Assembly (NCBI GenBank): GCA_030640665.1
Contig: DAOWIY010000015.1
Span: 1 to 36,633 of the forward strand
Direction: 5' to 3'
Length of the DNA: 36,633 nucleotides
Origin: Clostridia bacterium
GTDB lineage: Bacteria; Aerophobota; Aerophobia; Aerophobales; AE-B3A
The notes under the pieces are model-generated. The model had not been told where the DNA came from. It was given only the letters and a program-made list of their open reading frames with translations, and ran no database searches. Of this stretch, positions 1-6,831 are shown in pieces (positions within the stretch are counted from its first letter, which is position 1; each line of letters starts with the position of its first letter). The position numbers were made by a program, and so were the translations under genes.

Positions 1-102
1 AAGAGGACCAAATCTCTATATTCTTTACTTCAGAGGAAGCAAATTCTGATAATTTATCTATTAGCTTATCTTTATAACAACCAAAACTGGAAAAACCCAA
101 CT

Positions 103-429
103 CTATGACCATCTTCCTCCTTTAGAATTTTCCTTTGCAATTTCTACTATATGGGGATAATAGTCTTTATCTTTTTTGGCTTTTTTCTCATACCAGCGAA
201 CAAAGAAAAAACTAAGGAAAAAGAAAGAAAGTCCAAACAGTGTCTCCCAGAAAGAAGGAGAGCCAAGCCATCCCGAGATTAAATATCCTATGAAAATCCC
301 TGTCAATAGAGCTAATAGAGGTATCATAAATACGATAAACGTGGCCATGAGAGTCTTTCCTGCTGAGATTTGAATTCTAACCTTATCTCCTACTCTAGCT
401 CTTTCGCCAATTTCTACTTCCAGAAGCAT
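103..429 (-). CDS. rseC: RseC/MucC-family small membrane protein (SoxR-reducing-system type). Coordinates give the ATG-defined core; the real N-terminus probably lies upstream.
   Basis: 108-aa ORF with two hydrophobic helices (ATFIVFMIPLLALLTGIFIGYLI and LFGLSFFFLSFFFV). The in-frame sequence upstream (430-558) encodes GEWGIVKEISFGKAKIKLEKKPICEKCGIC, the Cys-bearing N-terminal segment typical of RseC. The gene sits directly after rnfG. Confidence 0.65.
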   Translation of the reverse strand: MLLEVEIGERARVGDKVRIQISAGKTLMATFIVFMIPLLALLTGIFIGYLISGWLGSPSFWETLFGLSFFFLSFFFVRWYEKKAKKDKDYYPHIVEIAKENSKGGRWS

Positions 430-539
430 AAAGTCTTTTCCTTCCGAATGGCAGATTCCACATTTCTCACAAATTGGTTTTTTTTCGAGTTTAATTTTTG
501 CCTTTCCGAAAGAAATTTCTTTTACTATTCCCCATTCTC

Positions 540-1082
540 CTATTTCTCTCTCACCTCTTTAATGGTCTTGTTTAAAATATCTACTACCGCCTGAGAGCTA
601 ATGGTTGCCCCCGTAATAGCCTGAATCTGATTAGACTCTTTTGTTTTTCCCTTGACCAACTCGACAAAGGGTAATACTAAGAGTTCTCTAAACTGGTCTC
701 GGAAAGGCTCCAAAGTTATCTTTGCTCCCAAACCAGGGGTTTCTATCGATTCTAAGATCTGGATCCCTGTGGTTTTATCCAGGACTGAATCCACCCCAAT
801 CATCACTTCAATCTTACCCTGATATCCTGCTCCTTCTCCTATAAAGGCATAACCTACCAGGTTCCCTGAAGAGTCCAGCCCTTTATAAATCAACTGGCTA
901 TCTTTTGTTATAACCTCATAGCTTTTTGCCCCCGGTAGAACCTCAAAAATAGCCTGGCGAATCTCTCTTTTCTTATTTTCCTCTATCCTGGGCTCAGCAT
1001 ATTTATATACTCCGACTAAAGCTCCTCCCGAAACTACTCCCACTATAGATAGAACCAGAACCATCTGGACTGATTTCCTCAA
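540..1082 (-). CDS. rnfG: Rnf electron-transport complex subunit G (FMN-binding)
   Basis: 180 aa with an N-terminal membrane anchor (MVLVLSIVGVVSGGALVGV) and a C-terminal FMN-binding signature (ITGATISSQAVV). It follows rnfD after a 1-nt gap. Confidence 0.85.
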   Translation of the reverse strand: MRKSVQMVLVLSIVGVVSGGALVGVYKYAEPRIEENKKREIRQAIFEVLPGAKSYEVITKDSQLIYKGLDSSGNLVGYAFIGEGAGYQGKIEVMIGVDSVLDKTTGIQILESIETPGLGAKITLEPFRDQFRELLVLPFVELVKGKTKESNQIQAITGATISSQAVVDILNKTIKEVREK

Positions 1083-1083
1083 A

Positions 1084-2037
1084 TTATCTTCCTCCGAATG
1101 TTTTTGGTTTAATATATCTATCCATTAAAGGAGTAAAAGCGTTCATAAGAAGGATGGAGAACATCACCCCTTCCGGATATCCTCCCCACCTGCGAATTAT
1201 CACTACTATAATTCCTGCTCCTAAGCCAAATATCCATCTACCTTGTTTGGTCAGAGGGCTGGTTACAGGATCAGTAGCCATAAAGAGAGCTCCTATCATC
1301 AGTCCGCCTGCAAATAGGTGGAAAGAAGGAGCACCGCAAAGGGGATCAATAAGATAAAATATTGTACTTAATAAAGCTACGCTAGAAAGATAAGAGAGAG
1401 GAATTCTCCAGTCGATATATCTTTTAAGAAGTAGATAGGCTCCTCCTATGAGAAGAGCAAGACTAGAGGTCTCTCCTAATGAGCCGGCAACATTACCTAA
1501 AAATAATGGCAAAACGGGAGTTGGCTGAGACTGAAACTTCAAAAGTCCGAGGGGAGTAGCTGTAGTCACTGCGTCCAGAGTAAATGGCTTTACCCACCTA
1601 GTCATAAGAACAGGAAAGGTGGCTACCAGAAAGGCTCTTCCAATGAGAGCAGGATTAAATATATTATAACCCAGCCCTCCGAAGATTTGCTTACCGATAA
1701 TGACGGCAAAAATTGCTCCTAAGGCAGCGCCCCAAAGAGGGAAGGAGGGAGGAAGAATCAAAGCCAATAGTAGTCCGGTAAGTAAGGCACTGGGTCCACC
1801 AAAAATACCCTTGCCTCTTATTTTTAAGAAGAGATATTCTGCAGTTACGCTGCTAAGACTACAAACGAGAATCAGCTCCACCGCTCTTAAGCCAAAAAAA
1901 TAAATACTAGCTGCTACCCCAGGAGATAAGGCTATTATCACCGCCCGCATTATTCGGGCTACAGTAGTTTTATCCCTAATATGAGGGGAAGAGGAGAGAG
2001 TGAGTATTCTTTCTATCCCTTTGTTTTTATCTTTCAT
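1084..2037 (-). CDS. rnfD: Rnf electron-transport complex subunit D
   Basis: 317-aa polytopic membrane protein. It has VTTATPLG (flavin-attachment Thr region) and LFMATDPVTSP motifs characteristic of RnfD/NqrB. Its ATG overlaps the rex stop (ATGA). Confidence 0.9.
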   Translation of the reverse strand: MKDKNKGIERILTLSSSPHIRDKTTVARIMRAVIIALSPGVAASIYFFGLRAVELILVCSLSSVTAEYLFLKIRGKGIFGGPSALLTGLLLALILPPSFPLWGAALGAIFAVIIGKQIFGGLGYNIFNPALIGRAFLVATFPVLMTRWVKPFTLDAVTTATPLGLLKFQSQPTPVLPLFLGNVAGSLGETSSLALLIGGAYLLLKRYIDWRIPLSYLSSVALLSTIFYLIDPLCGAPSFHLFAGGLMIGALFMATDPVTSPLTKQGRWIFGLGAGIIVVIIRRWGGYPEGVMFSILLMNAFTPLMDRYIKPKTFGGR

Positions 2038-2675
2038 TTTTGCCGTCTTATTTGGCTTCTTTTATTCAAAAAATAAGAGAGATTCTCTAACTGCATACTA
2101 AGATCTACATTCTTTAGCTTCACTTCTTTAGGAATTGAGATCCTGGTAGGAGCAAAATTCAGAATTCCTTTTACCCCTCCTTTTACTAATTTATCAGCTA
2201 CTTCCTGGGCTGCTGAAGCAGGGGTAGTAATGATGCCTATCTTTATTTCCTTTAGTGGCAAAATCTGAGGAATATTTTCTACATCCTGAACTTCTACCCC
2301 TTGCCACACCTTTCCTATTTTAGATGGATCTTTATCAAAAGCTGCCCTTATTTCAAATTCGTTTCTCTTGAACCCGGGGTAAATAAGGAGAGCCCTGCCT
2401 AAATTTCCTACTCCTACAAGAGCCATCCCCCAGGTTGTATTCAGCCCCAGGATATGACGAATCTCCTTTTTGAGCTTACCTACTTTATATCCCTGACCGG
2501 GAACTCCAAATTCTCCAAAATAAGCAAGGTCTTTGCGCACCTGACCATCAGAGGTTTCCAGTAAATTAGCCAGCTCCTGCGAGGAGAGAATGTTTTCCTC
2601 GTTCAGTCTCTTAATGGCTCGCAAATAAATGGATAGACGTTCAATTGTCACTTCCGGCACTTTGAATTTAGGCAT
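2034..2675 (-). CDS. rex: Redox-sensing transcriptional repressor Rex
   Basis: 213 aa with an N-terminal winged helix (IERLSIYLRAIKRL...SSQELANLL...QVRKDLAYFGEFG). This is followed by an NADH-binding Rossmann motif (ALVGVGNLGRALL). Confidence 0.92.
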   Translation of the reverse strand: MPKFKVPEVTIERLSIYLRAIKRLNEENILSSQELANLLETSDGQVRKDLAYFGEFGVPGQGYKVGKLKKEIRHILGLNTTWGMALVGVGNLGRALLIYPGFKRNEFEIRAAFDKDPSKIGKVWQGVEVQDVENIPQILPLKEIKIGIITTPASAAQEVADKLVKGGVKGILNFAPTRISIPKEVKLKNVDLSMQLENLSYFLNKRSQIRRQK

Positions 2676-2770
2676 CTGATATTATCCTTGACAGATTCTC
2701 TATAGTTGGTCTCTCTGGTGAAAGCATTGTAAGGTTTTTTCTTCTTTTGTCAAAATTACAAATTCGTATC

Positions 2771-4438
2771 TCATACCTCAGATCTTCTCTTTTGCCTTTT
2801 CCCTCTTCTTGCTTTCGCCTCTTCCTTTCTTTTTTCCAGGAAATCTCTTTTCCTCTTTTCAAGGAAATAGGAGTAGTTTCCTGAATACATTTTAACCTCG
2901 CTATCTCTACCAAAATAAAGAATTCTTTTCACTATCTTATCCAGAAAATACCTATCGTGAGAGACAACCAAAATACTCCCATCATACTCCAGGAGAGCCT
3001 CTTCCATGATCCTTCTTGAGTTTATGTCAAGATGATTGGTAGGCTCATCCAGAATGAGAAAGTTTACCCTGGCTAACATCAGCTTAGCCAGAAGTACCCT
3101 CGCCTGTTCACCACCGCTCAAATCTTCTATGGAACTAAAGATATCTTCCCTGGTAAACAAGAGTTTACCCAGAAAGGAGCGCAGCTTCTCTCTTTCCATT
3201 TTAGGATTTGCCAGCCATACTTCTTCCAGGATAGAATTCTGAGGATTAAGTTCGGCTAAATGCTGGTCGTAATACCCCAGTTTGATACCTCTACCTATTT
3301 TTATCTGGCCATTACCAGACTCTTCTCCCATAATTATCTTCAGAAAGGTAGTTTTCCCTGTGCCATTAGGCCCTACAATTCCCCATCGCTCACCTCTCTG
3401 AAGCTTAAAGCTTAAATCTTCAAAGAGAGGTTTTCCGGCAAAAGACTTACTAAGATGTGATACCTGAAGCACCTCATTGCCGCCCCTTACCTGGCAAGAG
3501 AATCCAATGGCTATTTTTTCTTCCTTTTGAGGCCTGGGGACCCTTTTTATCTTTTGCAGCATTTTCCTTCGACTTTGAGCCTGTTTTGTTTTCTGTCCAG
3601 CAATATTTCTTCTGATAAATTCCTCCTGACGGCTGATCTCTCTTTTCTGGAGTTTATATTTTTTTTCTTCTTCCTTAGTTCTCTTCTCTTTTTGCTCTAA
3701 GTAATGAGTATAATTACCCTGATAATGTCTCAATTTTCCTTGCTCAAGTTCCCATATTTTTCCTACAGTTTTATCTAGAAAATAGCGATCGTGAGAAATA
3801 AAAACCATCGCCCCTTTATAATTGGCAAGATAGTTTTCCAACCACTCGGTGGCTTCAATATCAAGATGGTTGGTAGGCTCATCTAATAATAGTAGGTCCG
3901 GCTCCTTCAGGAGAAGTTTGATATAGGCAAGTCGGCTTTTTTCTCCTCCGCTAAGATGCTCTACTAATTTTCCAAAATCACTTCTCTTGAAACCCATTCC
4001 AATAAGAGCAGCTTTCAGCCGAACCTCATAAGTATATCCACCTTTATTTTCAAACTCCTCCTCAAGTTCTCCGTACTCATTAATGGTCTTTTCAAGATTA
4101 GCCCTCTCTTCTCCCATCATTTTGGTCAGGTTATTCATTTTTTCTCTAATAAGAAGAAGTTCATCGAATGCTTGCAGCCCTTCCTCATGGATAGTTTTTT
4201 CAGGGTCAAGATTTATCTCCTGAGATAAATAACCGACCTCCAAATTCTTTCTTCTCTTAATCTCTCCTTCCTCAGGCTTTATCTCCTTAGAGATAAGCTT
4301 TAAAAGAGTTGTTTTCCCTACACCATTAGCACCGATAAGGCCAATCTTTTCCTTCTCATTTATTTGAAAAGAGCCCTTTTCTATGACCAGCTTATCCTGG
4401 TAAAACTTTGATATATTTTCTCCAATTACTAAAGACAT
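2771..4438 (-). CDS. ABC-F family ATPase (two ABC domains, no membrane domain; ribosome-associated type)
   Basis: Walker A occurs twice (GANGVGKTT, GPNGTGKTT), as do the signature (LSGGEKSR, LSGGEQAR) and Walker B (LLLLDEPTNHLD, FLILDEPTNHLD). There is a Lys/Arg-rich interdomain linker and a basic C-terminal tail. Confidence 0.9.
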   Translation of the reverse strand: MSLVIGENISKFYQDKLVIEKGSFQINEKEKIGLIGANGVGKTTLLKLISKEIKPEEGEIKRRKNLEVGYLSQEINLDPEKTIHEEGLQAFDELLLIREKMNNLTKMMGEERANLEKTINEYGELEEEFENKGGYTYEVRLKAALIGMGFKRSDFGKLVEHLSGGEKSRLAYIKLLLKEPDLLLLDEPTNHLDIEATEWLENYLANYKGAMVFISHDRYFLDKTVGKIWELEQGKLRHYQGNYTHYLEQKEKRTKEEEKKYKLQKREISRQEEFIRRNIAGQKTKQAQSRRKMLQKIKRVPRPQKEEKIAIGFSCQVRGGNEVLQVSHLSKSFAGKPLFEDLSFKLQRGERWGIVGPNGTGKTTFLKIIMGEESGNGQIKIGRGIKLGYYDQHLAELNPQNSILEEVWLANPKMEREKLRSFLGKLLFTREDIFSSIEDLSGGEQARVLLAKLMLARVNFLILDEPTNHLDINSRRIMEEALLEYDGSILVVSHDRYFLDKIVKRILYFGRDSEVKMYSGNYSYFLEKRKRDFLEKRKEEAKARRGKRQKRRSEV

Positions 4439-4475
4439 AAATTTTTGTACCTCACCAAGGTTTCTTCAACCCCTT

Positions 4476-4505
4476 CATTCTAGTAATTTAACCCTTATGA
4501 GTCAA
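4476..4505 (-). promoter_or_regulatory. Sigma-70-like promoter for the ABC-F gene (TTGACT, 17 nt, TAGAAT)
   Basis: The minus strand reads TTGACTCATAAGGGTTAAATTACTAGAATG. The -10 lies about 38 nt upstream of the ATG at 4438. The module is 25/30 identical to the one at 18903-18932. Confidence 0.45.
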
Positions 4506-4688
4506 GAATTGCGCGTTAACACCAAAAAATGGCCAAGGAAGAACTAGACCTTTCCATAAGCGAAACTATAGATTTGCTCTCAGAGTTTGGGATAAAGACC
4601 CCTATAGATTATGAAGATTATCTGAAAGGATACGAAGTATTGAAAGAAATGCAATAAAATAAATAAATTTAAATAAATTTCTAGTAAT

Positions 4689-4716
4689 TTGACAACGTTT
4701 CGATTTTTGTTAAATT
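4689..4716 (+). promoter_or_regulatory. Candidate promoter for the pseudopilin gene (TTGACA, 16 nt, TAAATT)
   Basis: TTGACA at 4689-4694 and TAAATT at 4711-4716. This would give a leader of roughly 180 nt. Confidence 0.35.
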
Positions 4717-4898
4717 TACCATAGATAAGAGGTTATTGGACGGTCTCAATTATCCAATAAATGTCAGCAAAACTCTAGCTGCAGTAAAGAATGTTTATTG
4801 GGGGTGATAAGGTTATCCCTGATTAGTGAAATGCTGAATAGGGAAGAAAAAAAGAATTTCCGAGAGAACTAATATACGAAAAAGGAGGTAGGAAAAGA

Positions 4899-5426
4899 AT
4901 GATCAGAAAAAAGAAAGGGCTTGCCCTAATCAAGATTCTAATCGTAGTGGTTATTATTGGTATAATAGCCGGAATTGCCATTCCCAGATTTTTAAGAGCT
5001 CAAAAATCCCGTTTGGAAGCCAAAGTAGCACAGGCATTCGCGGAGATGGAAACTCTAGCTGAAGTGCTGGAGATGCACTATAAGGATTACGATAGGTATC
5101 CAATAATCGGTCAGGGAGGAGATTTGAGACTGGTTCTTGATTTAAAGAAATACCTTGCCGTTATACCTACAGATCCCTTCGGGACTGCGAGTGTGATATA
5201 TTACAGATACTACAGTACTAAAGATGCCTGGCTTATTGTCTCTAACGGACCTGATGGAAAGTCAGATGTGACAGCACCTAACTTTGACGAAAGTACGGGC
5301 GCGGTTCGTGTGTCTGGTGAACTGGGAGGACCCGACGGTGTAATTGGCACCTATCACGGCTCTAACAAATGGTCCAGAGCTACGAGTAGAAAGGATAAAG
5401 GCGATATAGGAAGAGGTGGACCATAG
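4899..5426 (+). CDS. GspG-like type II secretion pseudopilin / type IV pilin-like protein with an atypical prepilin leader
   Basis: Strong RBS (AAAAGGAGG). The N-terminus MIRKKKG-LALIKILIVVVIIGIIAGIAIPRF resembles the class III signal (G-FTLIELL...). The C-terminal region has the GspG pattern (YDRYP...IPTDPFG...YY...LIVSNGPDGKSD). Confidence 0.75.
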   Translation: MIRKKKGLALIKILIVVVIIGIIAGIAIPRFLRAQKSRLEAKVAQAFAEMETLAEVLEMHYKDYDRYPIIGQGGDLRLVLDLKKYLAVIPTDPFGTASVIYYRYYSTKDAWLIVSNGPDGKSDVTAPNFDESTGAVRVSGELGGPDGVIGTYHGSNKWSRATSRKDKGDIGRGGP

Positions 5427-5465
5427 ATCAGTGCCAGCTTTCAATTTTTCAGTCTTTTTCCGGGG

Positions 5466-5493
5466 TTGACAAGAATAAAATCTGTTATATAAT
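5466..5493 (+). promoter_or_regulatory. Near-consensus sigma-70 promoter of the araR-like gene (TTGACA, 16 nt, TATAAT)
   Basis: TTGACA at 5466-5471 and TATAAT at 5488-5493, about 60 nt upstream of the ATG at 5552. Confidence 0.55.
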
Positions 5494-5501
5494 GATAGCG
5501 T

Positions 5502-5533
5502 GGTACGGATGACCGTATATGTCCATGTGTACA
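5502..5533. promoter_or_regulatory. Candidate AraR-type operator, site 1
   Basis: The site reads GGTACGgatgACCGTATaTGTCCatgtGTACA. TACGG-N4-CCGTA is a perfect inverted repeat. The core GGTACG-N4-ACCGTAT-(N)-GTCC recurs at 6674-6694. Confidence 0.4.
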
Positions 5534-5551
5534 AAGGAATAAATAAATATT

Positions 5552-6652
5552 ATGAAAATTGATCCCCAAAGTCCCCTTCCTAAGTATCATCAATTGAAGG
5601 AGATCATAAAAGATTCTATTAAAAAAAGTATAGTTAAACCCAATGAGAGGATTCGATCGGAAAATGAATTGGTGAAGATATACAAAATAAGTCGGCATAC
5701 TGTTCGCCAGGCTATTGGAGATCTGGTTAATGAGGGATGGCTATACCGAGAACCGGGAATAGGAACCTTTTGTGCTGACCGGCTTAGCAGAACCTCTGGA
5801 AAGACCTTCATCATAGGAGTAATAAGTGTAGTCGTATCTAGCTATATCTTTCCTCGTATCATTCATGGAATTGATAATGTCGTTCATCCAAAAGGTTACA
5901 GCATAGTTGTAGGGAATGCCAACCACAATCCAGAAAAAGAAGCTGCTCACCTGCAAGATATGATTAATAGAAATGTTGATGGGCTTATTATCGAGCCTAC
6001 AAAAAGTGCCCTCCCCAGTCCTAACATTAAATATTTTCAAAAGCTAAAAGAAAAGGGAATTCCTTTTGTAATGATAGATAGTTATCTTGACGAACTCAAT
6101 TCATCTTATGTGTGTGTGGACGATGTATTGGGGGGATATCTTGCTACCGAATATTTACTGGAGCTGGGACACCGAAGAATTGGCGTTATTTACAAATCAG
6201 ATCATCTGCCTAGTACAAAGCGTTTCCAGGGGTATAAGAAAGCCTTGAAAAAATACAAAGTAGACTATTCTGAGGAGCTGGTTAAAAGTTTTACCCTTCC
6301 TGAAGATAAAAACCCCACTTCTTCTCTCATAAAGGAGCTTTTTAAAATAAAGAAACCACCTACGGCTATTTTCTGCTATAATGACCAGATAGCTCTTCAA
6401 GCCTATAAAACCATCACCAAATTAGGATTAAAGATACCCCATGATGTATCTTTAGTAGGATTTGATGACTCTGATTTAGCCATACTTTCGGAGATACCTT
6501 TAACTACAGTTGCTCATCCCAAAGGTAGAATGGGGAAAAAAGCAGGAAAAATGCTCCTGCAACTTATTGAAAGTGGTAATACGAGCCGTCCTCAGCAGTT
6601 TGTCTATAAACCTCGATTGACAATAAGAGATTCCTGTAAACCCATACGTTGA
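5552..6652 (+). CDS. araR: AraR-type regulator (GntR-family wHTH fused to a LacI/GalR-type sugar-binding domain)
   Basis: 366 aa. The N-terminus LPKYHQLKEIIKDSI...ENELVKIYKISRHTVRQAIGDLVNEGWLYREPGIGTF is a GntR HTH. The rest aligns by eye with B. subtilis AraR (YIFPRIIHGID, VDGLIIEPTKSALPSPNI, GIPFVMID, CYNDQIAL, VGFDDS). Confidence 0.85.
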   Translation: MKIDPQSPLPKYHQLKEIIKDSIKKSIVKPNERIRSENELVKIYKISRHTVRQAIGDLVNEGWLYREPGIGTFCADRLSRTSGKTFIIGVISVVVSSYIFPRIIHGIDNVVHPKGYSIVVGNANHNPEKEAAHLQDMINRNVDGLIIEPTKSALPSPNIKYFQKLKEKGIPFVMIDSYLDELNSSYVCVDDVLGGYLATEYLLELGHRRIGVIYKSDHLPSTKRFQGYKKALKKYKVDYSEELVKSFTLPEDKNPTSSLIKELFKIKKPPTAIFCYNDQIALQAYKTITKLGLKIPHDVSLVGFDDSDLAILSEIPLTTVAHPKGRMGKKAGKMLLQLIESGNTSRPQQFVYKPRLTIRDSCKPIR

Positions 6653-6673
6653 GAATTTTTTTATATATAAGGA

Positions 6674-6707
6674 GGTACGAACAACCGTATGTCCGAATAT
6701 GTCCGAA
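6674..6707. promoter_or_regulatory. Candidate AraR-type operator, site 2, ending in a perfect tandem 10-mer
   Basis: GGTACGaacaACCGTATGTCC is followed by TATGTCCGAA twice (6688-6697 and 6698-6707). It lies 125 nt upstream of the binding-protein gene. Confidence 0.4.
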
Positions 6708-6831
6708 AAGGAGAAAGGTAGGTTGTTGAAAGTAAGAGCTGATGAGCCTTTTCGACTTTCGAGAAAGACACCAAATTATGGAAGGAGGTGAGAAGTAAGC
6801 AGATTTTCCAAAAAAATAAAGGAGGAAAAGA

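Noticed and set aside
1-100. Open frame on the minus strand starting with TTG at 100 (MGFSSFGCYKDKLIDKLSEFASSEVKNIEIWSS...) and running off the left edge
   Set aside because: Only 33 codons are visible, with no RBS and no recognisable motif. It does not look like RnfE, RnfA or RnfB. It cannot be supported as a gene from this window.
2746-2762. TTTGTCAAAATTACAAA palindrome upstream of rex as a Rex box
   Set aside because: The half-sites resemble TTGTnAA/TTnACAA but are separated by about 1 nt instead of 4. It therefore does not fit the 18-bp Rex consensus (TTGTGAA-N4-TTCACAA). It may still be a degenerate site, but I cannot support one.
2668-2913. 81-aa ORF on the minus strand overlapping the 3' end of the ABC-F gene
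   Set aside because: It lies in a different frame of a well-supported CDS. Its low-complexity Lys/Arg/Glu composition mirrors the ABC-F tail. It has no RBS.
4695-4898. c-di-GMP or other known riboswitch in the pseudopilin leader
   Set aside because: I could not find the conserved GEMM-type cores, and the region is too AT-rich. An Infernal scan is needed before any call.
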